In this document: positions 47,960 through 60,433 of the stretch, piece after piece | Numbering within the stretch: the first letter of the stretch is position 1 | Layout of the letters: the number at the start of each line of letters is the position of its first letter | Assembly: GCA_008632985.1 (NCBI GenBank) | Contig: QPGO01000229.1 | Coordinates: 1-64,000, forward strand | Direction of reading: 5' to 3' | Origin: Psammoneis japonica | Lineage: Eukaryota | DNA: 64,000 nucleotides | Translations under genes and position numbers: made by a program | The notes under the pieces: model-generated | Told to the model about the DNA's origin: nothing | Seen by the model: the letters and a program-made list of their open reading frames with translations, nothing else | The model's database searches: none

Positions 47960-50900
47960 ACGTAGCAGATCTCTCTGTTTGTTTCTTTCGGACCTCACGC
48001 CTGGCCTCGACGAAATGCGAAATGATGCCCCACAATCAAATTGCCATCGATTTTCCACCCGCATGCGTTTTATGTGAGCGACCGCTCCAACACGCGACAT
48101 ATCCCCATGCATGCGCAAGACATTCACGCACGCTTCATAACACTCGTCGCCGACCTTGGCATCGCCGCAAATGTAATAAAACGTGTCGTCTCGCATAAGA
48201 AGTTTGCACAATTCTTCGCCGGCGTCCTTTAAGGCTTGTTGGACATAACGCTTGGGAACGCCAGGTTCGCGGGACATGGCCAAGTGGCGCTTCAGCACAC
48301 CATCTGTCACCCAATCGTCAACCTCTTGAGCATAAATGCGTTCCTTGTTGGAGCGACATCCAAAAAACAAATGGCCTCGCCAATGTCTGTATTCTTCAAA
48401 CCATTCTCTGCGACATCCAAGGCACGATCCTGAATGAATCCCATCATAGGAGCAAGTCCGGTGCCTGCCCCCACCAAAATCATCGGAGACGAAATGTTTT
48501 GGGCCCACGAAAGGTGGAACCGCGGATGGCAATTCTCGCGCGATCTTTGCCGGGCATGAGCCTTGCCAAGTAGTTGGAACAAACTCCGTGGATCATGACA
48601 CTCTTGGTTGTTTCGACATGAACGACGCCGACGGAAATCGAGACCTTTCTCGGATCCTTTTTATCCGAAGACGAAATCGAGTAGTGCCGTGCACGCAACT
48701 TGGGCAGTAGTGGTAAGAGTTCGGCAAGCGTCAACAGTGGACCCTTTTGGATCTTAGACGCCCCACCGTGGCAAAGGACGGATCCGAAGGCTTCCAAAAA
48801 GTCAACGACAGTCGGATACGTCTGAACAAATGTTTCAGTTTGTTCTGACTTATCACCTCTCCGCTCGACGATATCCTTTATGTAAAAGGTGAGCTGACGA
48901 CACTTATCGGCGTCCTTTCCGCAGAAACCGTGACGCGCAGCAACGCCTTCGCCAATCGGACCTTCACCAGCGTCAGGGCACAAGACTCGCTTGATCATTT
49001 GCAAAAAGTCTGGAACGCCCCCTTCTGTGAAAGCCAGGTCAACGTATGCCTGCAGGGCGGTGGCCAACGTCTCCGGGGTTGAGAATGCCAGACGAGCGGG
49101 CAGTCTATCACCGTCCTCGATACAGTCCACGGCAAACGGCTGTTGGAGCTGATATGCGACAAGTTTCGAACGCTTCTCCTGCGAGGACGGACAAGCTGCT
49201 ACGAGTTCATCTCCGAAACAATCTGCAAAGCGACGGACCATTTCCATTGAGTTGAGCGGGTGCACGGCAAGATGGTCTCCACTGACGTAGCTCTCTCCAT
49301 CTGGTACGTTGAATGTGATCTTTCTCGTCGAGCGAGTATCAATGTCTCCGTTTTCCATGAGCTCTTCATTTTCAAGACAGAGGCTGCCGACGTCCTCTGG
49401 CCATGTGAAACGCTCAATCTGAGTCTTTGCTCTCCACCTCCTCTTCCACATTAGCTCATAACTGATAGAGGTCTGGCCACTTCCGGCTCTGCTCTCGAGG
49501 ACTTTCTTCAAAGTGTCAGGCATCACCAGACGGGTGACAAGATCAATCCATTGAGCAATGGGCGCTTCGGAGCCTGATGCATCGTCAACCTTCTTAAGTG
49601 GGAGCATCTGTTTCCCTCCTGCCTTTCGAAGCATCGCATCCAGCGCGATGCCCGCTTTGCAAAAGTCAGGGTACAGGGTCGAGCCGAGAGCAAGAACTGC
49701 AACGTCCGTCTCTTTCAATAAGTCGTCGGGAAGGGCAGTCTTGGCAAACACATCAGCATTACCTGGGGCCTCGCCCGCACCAAACGTACTGGTGAGCGCC
49801 AGTATTTTTGATATGCGACGCTCCTTTATGACTTCGAGGCCAGCAACTTCGTTCAGGGCTGCAACCTGTGGTTTGCACAATTTGAGCTTTCGCGCTAGGC
49901 GAAACGCGGCTGCCTCGGCCGTACCAGTCTCTGACCCAAAGATGATTAGAATACGAGGGATCTTGATGCCTTGGTCACCTTCATTTGGGTTGCTTGTTTC
50001 GACTTGTGCTGTCACCGCTCCAGCAGCAGTCACGGCATTTCGGTATTCCTCAGGGAATTCCATCACGTCAAAAGGCGAAGCGCAGTATTCATATCTACAG
50101 TGCAGAGCACACAGCAAGGTCAGATGGTGCACACTCACGTGTCGCATTCCAATGTAACAAAACCAACTTACTGTGGTGCGACGTAAAAGTCACGCATCTC
50201 GTGGTGCCAAGTCACGTTGGTGGGGCCCGTCAGACCACCGATCCAGCTCCACTGCCCGGGGCATTCACGCCCGGCATCACGCTCACGCTTGCAGTGGACC
50301 ATGAACGAGTTTCCTACAGTCTCCATGTCAACCATTGTAAATCCCTGCTTTTCGAACGAATAGTTCAACGCGACATCCATCTCGACATAGGCACGCTGTT
50401 CATAGATTCGCTTTGTCTCGGTACTGATTCCCATGGTTTCTGACCACTCCTTAGCAAGCTTGTAGCGCTCAAAGAGGTTTCTGACAACTTCAACGGATAC
50501 AAACCAGCCATTGAAGGGCATGCACTGATAGTCGACACCTCCAATGTTCATGTTGAAGTTCGAAATCGCAGGTACTGCTGCCCAGCGGAGACCAAGCTCC
50601 TTGATGGCAGGGCAATCGGGGTGCTCAATGTGCTGAGGAAAAAGACGACGCGGGCATGAAAAGTGAGACGGGTACAGCGTGCGACGAGCCGCGTACAACA
50701 ACTCTACTTACGACTTCGTGAACAAACTCTTTGGGAAGTTGATAGACGTAGGGCTTTCTGGTGCCTGGGATCTTAAAAGAAGAGGGAGGACATCATGACG
50801 CGTCTTCTTCTCCGGCGGCTCCCAGTACCCATTCTCGATTATATAGTCCGTGAATCCCACATTGGCCGGATCACCCAAAACCTCTCCCGTCTCCTCGTTC

Positions 50901-53050
50901 TTGTACCCTGCGTATCGTACAAATTGTGACGACCAAAACCGCGTGCCCCACATTTCATTGATAGTTTTTGGCTTGTACACACTCATGACACTCTGAATGT
51001 TGGTACCACAGGTGGCAATTCGCAAGTGCTCCTCCACGTCTGCAAAGATTTCATCGGGCGCCTCAATGTGACGGCAGTCGCGAACCATGAGCGTATTCCA
51101 AGCGATGCGGCCAATGCATTTGGACGAGTTCCTCCACGCCAACCTGGCCCCAATCTGAAGTTCCTCGGATGTGTGGGTGTACGTTCCTGTTGACTCGATT
51201 TCCAGTTTCACTTCCATCAAACGACGGTTCAACTGGTCGTTTGACCAGTTGAGCTCCGTCGCGGCTTGACCAAAAAAGTCTTCTGCTTCGGCAATGAACT
51301 TTTCTTCCCAAACCATGCTGTGATAGATCATCACCATGAGTTCCACGTATACGACTAGCAAATGATTCTTCCAACTCGTCGGCAGTGAAATGACTGTCTT
51401 CATTTTTGGTCAACTCTTCCTCCTCTTCGAGGAACGGCCGTATTGTTTTCAAGAGCTGGCCACCGACAATTGGGTAGGCCCACGTGGGGATTCCACTTCG
51501 ACGATGCATTTCATTCAAATGATCGACCACGCGGCGAAAGGAGGTTCCATACATGCCAATCTGATTGACTTGCTTCACCATCATGTCGAGCGTTTGCTGC
51601 AAGCAAAGCGGAAAAAACAAGTGAGAAAACCTTTACCTTGTGATTCTATTCTGCAACGTCTCTCCCGCAAATATTACGTACTGCAAAGTGAAGAGCCAAG
51701 GAATCCATATCCGTATGCTTGAAAAAGTCGAGGATCTCTTCATGGTTGGTCAAGAGCTGACGATAAAACGTTTCTCCAATAAAAGTGACTTTGCTCGTCT
51801 CACCGCTTGATGTAACTCGATCCCAGAAGCGAGGCATGCCGATCTGAAAGACTTGCGTTCGAAATCGGGCGTGAAGCACCTGAATGCCTTCAATGGCTCC
51901 CTTGGCGACAATCATGGAGACAAACGCAGCCATGGCACTCTCCATGGGAGGCTTTTCCAAATCTTCCAGGTCGGCTTCTTCAGCATATGGAGAGTGTGTT
52001 TGGCAAGCCCAAAGAAATGCCTTGCAAAAGGAAAGCCAATGAGTCGGTAAGACACCGCAGCGGGCATAGATGCGAAAGTACTCTTCCGGGGTTCCCTCCT
52101 GGGGATTAAATCGCTTCATTCCCCAGAATCCGGAAGGCGACGTCTTGAGTACCTCCGCCACGGGTCGATATGCTTCTCTCTGAACCGTCTGTGTATGAGG
52201 ACAGAGAGTACGAACGCAGGCGTCCAACATGGCAATGATTAACGGCCTTCCATGAATAAGTCTAGTTCCGAGACACTGACCGAGAGGATCAATTCCTTGT
52301 TCGACTTGATCGCAAGCCTTTAAATGTAGACTCTCGACCGTCAGAGGCGGATCGGCTGTGGCGTTGTCCTGGAGAAAGTGTTCCAGAGCCACCAGAATTC
52401 GCCAACGTCCAAAAATGGCTTCCGAGAATTCCGTTTGGAACGCCAACACCTTGTTCCAGCCTTCCATAACGAGGACGGCATCTGTCTTGTTGGAAAAGCC
52501 CCTACTGACACCGTACTCGGTTTCGAGCTTTTCCATGGCGCTCGAAATGAGCTCCTGGAGCTTTTCGTCCGTCATGGCCGCCATGGTTTTTCGTTGTTGT
52601 ATAAGTTCTCTGGGATCAATAGTTCGCCTCGATCCCTGGTCCTTGCTCCTGCTGTCGAAGTTCTTCTTGACGTATCTCTGTGTCACTTTTGCAACTTCAT
52701 TCCGCGTCATTCGGCCGAGCACAGGAATCCGGCATCTTCAAGTGCCGAGTGGGTCCTACCTTGTGCGCGAGCCAATCAGAGTTGGTCCTCCTTCAATACT
52801 TAGGAACTACGGTCGACGTGGGCAACCTCACTTAGGGGTCTCGTGTTTGTCCATTACAACCATACATGTCGCTTGCTGGCGGCAGTGTCCATTCTACGCA
52901 TTTTCCGGTCAAGGGATGCTGGCCGACGCGGAGTGAGATCTTCGAGCCTCCAGTTGGCACCGGCAAGTTTCCTTCACTTCTTGCGAGGACCAGGGACCTG
53001 GGACCAGGAACGATCACATCGATGGCGCTGACAGCTGTTGACATGCTGTG
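47960..53050 (-). CDS. NOS: Nitric oxide synthase with N-terminal globin domain(s): globin-NOSoxy-FMN-FAD-NADPH, multi-exon, several frameshifts
   Basis: Globin IGETFYRQLLTNHEEILDFF...HLNEMHRRSGIPTWAYPIVGGQLL. NOSoxy EIESTGTYTHTSEELQIGARLAWRNSSKCIGRIAW, QFVRYAGY, GDPANV, WAAVPAIS, PFNGWF, CPGQWSWIGG. Flavodoxin IFGSETGTAE, TSTFGAGEAP. FNR GDHLAV, RHYSISSS, GVCSNYL, VGAGTGLAP, LFFGCR, YVQ, YICGD. Both ends are approximate. Confidence 0.9.
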
Positions 53051-53139
53051 CATCCATTAGATGACTGTTGTTTGCACAGCCATTTTGCTGGCAGATGCAC
53101 TCGTTTCCACTGACCAGATCCACCTTTTGATTCTTTCGG

Positions 53140-53660
53140 TTTTGCGAGTTGTGACGACGTTGCGAATTCCGCGACGTTGCGGACGTCCGTCATGATGTGG
53201 GTGTTGTGGAAACCTTCCTTCAAGGATCAGTTTTCTCAACAATGCGTTTTGCTGCGGAGTCCGCAACATTTCGTTGCAGAATCCACAACGACATTGTGGA
53301 TTCCGTGATGTTGCGGGCGTCCGCAAAACGTTGCGCACATTGTGGAAACCTGCCTTCGAGGATGAGGTTTCTCAAACATTGCGTTTCTTCACACGGAGTC
53401 CGCAACAATTCGTTGCAGAATCCACAATGACATTGCAGATTCCGCAATGCCATGAACATTGTGGAAACCTTCCTTTCGAGGATGAGGTTTCTCAAACATT
53501 GCGTTTGGTTACGGAGTCGGCAACAAAACAGTTCCGAAACGAATTGTTTCAGATTCCGTGATGTTGCGGACGTCCGCAATGATGCTGTGGTTTCAACATT
53601 CATCGTTGCGGATTCCGCAGCGCAACGTCATGGGTAAGGTGGAATCCGTAACATCCTTGG
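53140..53660. repeat. Short tandem array of palindromic units (~120-136 bp)
   Basis: TGTGGAAACCT..CTTC.AGGAT.AG.TTTCTCAA units start at 53205, 53341 and 53460. Many TTGCGGA/TCCGCAA inverted motifs. Confidence 0.75.
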
Positions 53661-53972
53661 CGAGACAATCACTCGCACAGCATTTCTCCCTCACACAGAG
53701 TTGCATGATTTAGTGTCGTCTTCAAAGTGGACCTTTTTCATTTGGCTTGTTGGGAGGAAAGAGTGTTATGGATACGGTGCAACACTCTCTCTAGATAGTT
53801 ATATATTACTCCAGGTGGGAGTTACATCACGTCATACCTTTGCTGACTGCGTACCCAAGACGAATCTGTTGGCCTCTTTAGCGAAGAACTTTGATGCTAC
53901 CGAGAAAACAACCTTTCTCGGTTTACAAACGTGTGTCAATTCCCTCGCATTTCTTTCGCCTCATTCCCTACA

Positions 53973-55418
53973 CTAGTACGAACCATCCATTCCCGCCATG
54001 CTGGCAATAATCAGCTTGTATCCGTCATCCAATGGTTTGTCCCGATTGACAACACTCTCGCAAATGGCAGGAACGTCCGTCGCAACATCCAAAAACTTGC
54101 ACAAGTAAATCAACAGGTTGAAATCAGCCAACAGGTCGATAAAGGTCCATCCGGAACTCCCGCTCTTGCTCAGTTGCCGCTTCATCTCATCATGGGTCTG
54201 CATGCGATCATCCAAATCACGGTTGGCCTTGGGGAATTGCGAAACAAACATTTCCGACGTGTGTTGCACAATGGGAACGACCGTCAAGAAAAAGTTGTTT
54301 TCGACCGTTTTGGATTCCTTGCCCTCTTGAATGGCGGTAAAGGTTTCACTGACACTGCAAAATCCCGGTTGTGGTCCCACCTCGAGGGCTTCTTCGGCAA
54401 CCATTTCCATACACTGCTTGCTAACCTGAAAGGCTTCAAAGGAAGCATTGCCATCGTCCCCGACCGTCACTTTTACAGTCACAAAGGGCGTTTCCTCGAC
54501 ACCACCGGCCGCCTCGAGTTGCAATTCGGCCGTCATGATGATTTCGGCCGCCGACATGACGAATCCTTCCTCCCTCGGAGCGTGTCCAAAGATCCATCCG
54601 ACACGACGCAGTCCGAGCATTTGCGCCAATGATTCCACCGTGTCTTCCATGGCATCATCCAACACCACAAATCCCTCGGCCGCAGACGGATCCGCCTCTT
54701 GGGGTGGTTCGTAAATGGCTTCCACCACCACCTTGTTGTTGTTTTCCGCGTCATCACTGTTGTCATTCTCTTTTTCAAAACGCCCATAGAGATATCCAAA
54801 TCGATGACGTGAAAAATTGAATCGACGCAAATAGGATTGAAAGTCATTGGCACTGTTGGTTTCCAACGACACACCACCCTTGCTGAAACTCTCTTCCTGT
54901 CGTTTGATTTTAAACGTGTATTGATCATCGAGTGCGACAAATTCATTGAGAGTCCACTGCATCTTCATGTCTCGCAACGGTTTCATGCCTTTGCGAAAAC
55001 CACGGTCTTGTGCCGAGACCGGAGCAGACACATCGTCATGTACCAATTTGATGGAACCGTCCTTGTCAATGATGCGTTTCATGTTGGTTGTGCTACTACC
55101 CGACACTGCTGCTGCTGCTTCTGGAGCAGTAGCTGTAGCTGCTTGTGGCTCGGCAGCACTTTTGGGTGTGTTTTCTGCACACGTGGACGCATCGACACGA
55201 CAATGTACCATGCTACCATGACTCAGACCCAGCTCTTGGAGAGTCTTGTTCGTATCGAGGACATGGGTACAGGCCGGATCGGAACTGAGAGGCTTTTCAT
55301 AAACGACATGAGGACGCGTCTGTGCAATCATTTGCAGAATTGATTCCGTGGTACTTGTCGCTGGATCCAGACCATCGACACGCCATACTCCCACGTTCGA
55401 TCGAACGCGAATCAACAT
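53973..55418 (-). CDS. NPL4: Nuclear protein localisation 4 (Cdc48/p97 cofactor)
   Basis: MLIRVRS UBL-like start, RFGYLYG, VEAIYEPPQE, LGLRRVGWIF, FVTV, AFQVSKQC, FPKANR and LADFNLLIYL. Confidence 0.9.
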   Translation of the reverse strand: MLIRVRSNVGVWRVDGLDPATSTTESILQMIAQTRPHVVYEKPLSSDPACTHVLDTNKTLQELGLSHGSMVHCRVDASTCAENTPKSAAEPQAATATAPEAAAAVSGSSTTNMKRIIDKDGSIKLVHDDVSAPVSAQDRGFRKGMKPLRDMKMQWTLNEFVALDDQYTFKIKRQEESFSKGGVSLETNSANDFQSYLRRFNFSRHRFGYLYGRFEKENDNSDDAENNNKVVVEAIYEPPQEADPSAAEGFVVLDDAMEDTVESLAQMLGLRRVGWIFGHAPREEGFVMSAAEIIMTAELQLEAAGGVEETPFVTVKVTVGDDGNASFEAFQVSKQCMEMVAEEALEVGPQPGFCSVSETFTAIQEGKESKTVENNFFLTVVPIVQHTSEMFVSQFPKANRDLDDRMQTHDEMKRQLSKSGSSGWTFIDLLADFNLLIYLCKFLDVATDVPAICESVVNRDKPLDDGYKLIIASMAGMDGSY

Positions 55419-55686
55419 TGTGGACTATATGTTCTGCTTTTGAACCGTATGGGTGATACGATCGTAATATACTTCTATCAGCAACAACAACAAGAGCAAT
55501 AATATGCTCTGCTGCGATCTGCGATCTGCGAATGAAATCGAAGCGGAACGAGTGAGGTGCGCGGTGCTACGTAGAAGCTACGCGGATTTGGTACTGAGAT
55601 CTTTTCGATCTTCTGACAACGGCCAGACGGTACGGTATGAAAAAAATTGAGAAAATTTCGGGCGACACACAAAACAAGACTTGACC

Positions 55687-57898
55687 ATGAGCGACGAAAC
55701 AAAAGCATCACCGGCGGCCATACAAGACGAACCACCCAAGGATGAGGAGGGCTTGCTCAAGGAGTATGACGCTATAATCTGTGGTACAGGCTTGGTTCAG
55801 TCCATAGTGGCGTCTGCTCTGACCCGAGCCGGTCAAAGCGTGTTGCACTGCGACGGTTTGGGCTACTATGGAGAATTAAATGCCGTTTTGAGTTTGCCCT
55901 ATCTCCAACAGGGATCGTGGAAGAAGGATATACAAGAGTTGGATACTCAAGAACATGTCGACGAATCGGATCAAAACGATGTTTCGTCGTCGTTTAGGTT
56001 ACATCCCGCAGGAGCTTGCCACGGGCTTGTGATTCACTCGACAAGTTCCAAAGCGTCAGAAGCGCCTCCGGCTCTTCAAGTTGGTACCCATGTCACGACG
56101 ATATACGGAAACGGTGTAGTCCAGGCTCTTGCAACAGATTCCAAAAATGGTGAATCGTCTAGCTTAGCTGTCTCCATGTCGGATTGGAAACTAGCAGACG
56201 GGACATGCGCCACCGCGTATTTCCAGGCAACAACGTTGATGCGTTGATTCTTCAACACAAAACCGTGGTTCCCACCGATTGGGCCATGACACAGAAATTT
56301 TAAAACATGCCAGTCGATCCTTTGCACTGGACGTTTCACCACGACTCTTGTATGCATCCGGCAAGGCCGTGAGGGTCTCTTGACGAGTTCGGTTGCGGAC
56401 TATCTCGAATTCAAAAGCATGGAAGGACTCTTGTGGATGTCGTCTAAAGATGACAGCAATAATGATTCAAACAATCAATGGACCGCGTCTCGTGTCCCAT
56501 GTTCCAAGGGTGATGTCTTTAGTTCCAAACTGTTAAAGCCCATGGATAAGAGACGGCTCATGAAGTTTTTGCAACTCGCTTTGGATTATGCCATTGCCAA
56601 ACAAAGTCAAGAGGAAATGGCCGAAGTAGCAGAGGATGACGACGACGACGATTGCAAACACGAAACTTCTCAAGAACAGGTACAATCCGTCAATGAGCGT
56701 CAGTTAAATCAGGGACGGTCCTTGGCTCGTCCTCAGAATAAAGCCGTGTCAACGGACGAATTGCAGAAACTGCAACAATGCATTCAAGAAAACATGGATT
56801 TTGACACGTACCTGACGAGTGAACAAAAGCTATCTCCACAATTAAAGTCGCTGGTCAAGCATGCACTGGCCTTGGCAACAACATGCAGCGAAAGCTCGAA
56901 TCTTGAATGGGGTATTGAAAATTTGTGCAAGCACGTTCAAGCCTTGGGTCGGTATGGAACGACAGCCTTTTTGATTCCTCTCTATGGAAGCGGGGAACTT
57001 CCTCAATCCTTTTGTCGTTCAGCGGCCGTTCATGGAGGAACGTACTTGTTGCGGCGTGCTGCAAAACAAGTCGTGGTGGAGGACCAATCTGTAAGGGGTA
57101 TTGTGTTGAGTGGTGCGCAGCAGCAAAATGAGAACGAAACGACTACTACTGCTCCGGAAAACAAGACGATTCGCTGCAAACACGTGATTGCCTCGCGACA
57201 AGCTCTCGTTGCAAACGAGGAGAATCATCCAAAACGTCACGTATTTTGCGCCGCATCAGTGTATTGCGGGGAAAACTGATTCCAAATGAGCAACAGCGGC
57301 ATGTCCTTTTATTTCCTCCTGGATCCGTCTCGCCAACGCAGTCCCATGCCATTCACGGCGTGGTCCTCGATGACAGCGTCCAAGTGAGTCCTGGGGGATG
57401 TACAGTTCTGCATCTCACTACAACCGTGAATAAGCACAAGACGTGGATGATTCGATTCTAGAACGAGCTGTGGAGTTGTTATTGTCGCAGACAAGGGATA
57501 CAAGCGATGATTTAGAGGAGATTTACCATGTTTGTTTTAGCCACGTGTTGAGCAACGACGACGACGACGACAATACCACAACATTGCCTGACGGATTGCA
57601 CTTGTGTCAACCAGCAAATCAAAGTCTAGTCATGGACGGAGCGTTTGAACAAGCCAAGGAAATCTTTGACAAGATCTGCCCAGACGTTGAGTTTTTGACG
57701 CTGTCGGAGCGCATGGATACAGCAATCAAGGAACGTATCGGCGATCGCGATGACAATGAAGACGACGAAAAGGCGGTTCTACAAAGCGCCATGAACATGA
57801 TGGAAATTTCGCCAAAAAGCAAGGATACAGCAAGCTCAGTAGACGAAGACGCAGATGGAGAAGAAGCAAAAGCTTCCGCAAGTATGGATGACAGCTAA
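55687..57898 (+). CDS. Rab escort protein (REP/CHM) / GDI family, with frameshifts
   Basis: YDAIICGTGLVQSIVASAL...VLHCD...YYG, VADYLEFK, VPCSKGDVF, KRRLMKFL and GRYG...FLIPLYGSGELPQSFCRSAAVHGGTY. Confidence 0.85.
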
Positions 57899-58075
57899 CC
57901 GACGAATTTCGCAGCTGAACTTGTCGCAATGTTGCCGAAGTTGAATGCATTAGCAAGTTCAAAATATGTCTGCTTTCAACAAAGAGCTACCGTTATGCCT
58001 AAACGCCAGCCTAGATAGAGCGAGAGTACTAAAGTAGGTTTAACTACTCTACTCTCTAGAGGCAGTTCGTGCATG

Positions 58076-60148
58076 CTAATCGTATTTGGTGTCGGATTTC
58101 AGCCTGCCTTTTGCGGGACTCTCCTCCTCATAGTCCGAGTCGGATTTCGGTTGTCCTTTTCTATAATCCTGCTCCCTGTCGCTCGTGTCTGATTCCAGTT
58201 TGCCTTTTGTTTCATCTCGTTCGTCGTCGCTTTCGTCGAATTTCATCATGCAATCCAGAATACACTGGGATGACACTAACCCGAAATCCCACAAGTTCAT
58301 CATGTGCATGAGTAAGTTGGGCCGGAGGCTTCGCTCTTTTAGTTCTTTCTTGTACGCCTTGATGAAGAGAAAACACAAGCTTGGGAGAACTTGATCCGAG
58401 GTCATTGTATTCTTCTTCATGAAATAGTTCCAGAGCTTCATAAAGGCCTTTTCCTCGTCCGCAACATCTTCAAATTCGTCAATGAGCTATAGAGATGCAT
58501 AGAATACAAAAGAAACAATCGGTGAGATTTCACAATCAACAGGACGCGCAGACAAAAGACACACGCATAAACATACATCTTCGCTCAGGACATGCTGCCA
58601 CTCGCAATCAGATTCTTCCTCGCTGTCCGGCAAATCCCATTGATCATCGGTAATTGGTAGATTCGTTCTGGAATGATAATACTGACGTGTCGGCATGTTT
58701 TCTCTTTGGTTAGGATGATCTGGTGGCAGCTTTAAAATTCTGTTTTCGCTCTTTCGTCTCTTGCCGTTATCCATTGGGGCGCCTTTCACGGTCTTTACTT
58801 CGGGAAGGATTGTCGCACGAGCGGTCCTTACAAATGTATAATCCACTAGATGATCACTGGTGGGCTCTTCGAGCTTGTGGTTTTCCACAAGGACAGCCAC
58901 ATGAAACTATGACGACAAGAAAGAAGAGCACTTGAGCATATTACGTTTTTAAAAAGATATTGGGCAGCAAAGAATTGAACCTCCGTGTTTTTGAATCATA
59001 CCGATTTGTCTTTACTAGTAGCCCCTTCAAATGTAAACGAGTCCCCGTGGGTAGTTCTGCAGTGCATCAACAATCCACTGTCCGTGAACTAATGGAACAA
59101 GACCAATGAGGATTGTACAGGAAACAACAGTCAAGCAACAAAAGAAGAATCCAAACACTTACTGCATCGAGAAAGCAAAACGGACACCGTCGACTCTTGC
59201 CGTGTGCTTCAACGTGAATGCCAGGTGCTCTTTCCTTGGTCATGAACAAGTAGTGGAAAAACATTTTCGTTGTTGGTTCTGGAAAACAAATGCCGCCATT
59301 AACTATTGTTGGTAGAGCCGATGGATTTGAATCTTCTTCAGCTGCTACAGAAGCAGCAGCGACAGTAGAAGTGCTGTATTTGGAAGACTCTTTGGAGCTA
59401 TTCTGCGGTTCTTGGTCATCTGGCTTGTTTTGGGGAGCGGGCTTGGGGGGCAAAGAAGCTACGCTATCCTTGACGGAGGCTTGACTGGTCTTTAACTTTT
59501 TCGTTTTGCTTTCTGCATCCAGGTCCGGTGATGACAAGGCTCGCTTTCCACTGCTTGCACTATCGTCCATTTTGACGGACCAAACTCGTTCCACTTCAAT
59601 CACGGCTTGTCCCGTCTTTGAGCCTGGGCTGCTAATTGCCGGCGACGAGCTTGTAATGTAATGTTGATAGGACGCTCGCGTGGCTCGTCGTGGCGAACCC
59701 AACAAATCCTCATTGTACCGCTCCACACGATGCTTGAATACCTTGCGGAGCAAATCCATGTCCCTTGTAGAGTTCGTATTGTCCTCTTTAGGAGAGAAAT
59801 CCTTCTTTTTCGGAATATAATCCATGGGGGCATTGTATGTTAGCGTTCGTTGAAGAAACGGCGTGTTGTTGTAGCGCTCGGTCAATTTGGAATTTGGTTT
59901 GGCTTCAGGTGGATGAAACCATCTCTTCTCAAGCTGCTTTGCAAAGGTTGCATGACGCTCATACGTCTGCAACGATGGCAAAAGATAGAGTCAAAAAGGG
60001 GCGAAGAGTCAAATCAGAAAATTTCTGGAATATCAACACGAAGAAACATTGGCACGCTGCATGCACTCCCTACCCGTATGAACTCTGCGGCATGTTCTTC
60101 GCCACCTTTACCATTACTCGTAGTTGTCTTTTTGCTCGCAACGCCCAT
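58076..60148 (-). CDS. SUZ12: VEFS-box Polycomb PRC2 subunit (SUZ12/EMF2-like), multi-exon
   Basis: FLQRTLTY, zinc-finger start RCPFC, and VEFS box RQYYHSRTNLPI...DSEEESD...IDEFEDVADEEKAFMKLWN...LLMHMMNLWDFGLV. Start inferred at 60148 with an intron ending near 59967. Confidence 0.8.
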
Positions 60149-60433
60149 TGCAGAGTGCTTTCCAGTATGCTATGCTCTGGCCTGTCTCAGCGGCATGTTT
60201 GCCATTGTGGATTGTGGATTTTTCGGTGGCACTTCCAGCTTCCAGCGTTATTCAGGTATGAAGCATGAATACGTTTATGATTTTCAACGGCGATTCGCGA
60301 CCTGCGAACTCCATGGGTCAGCGTCCGTCCGTCCACTCCGCATCTCAAAATATTCATCTGTTTTTCATGCCGACCGCCATGACGAATGACGACGCTATAC
60401 CGGTAGAAAACGCAAGACAAAAAAATTACCACC

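Noticed and set aside
53140..53660. CRISPR array
   Set aside because: Whole units are similar with no unique spacers, there are no cas genes, and the context is eukaryotic.
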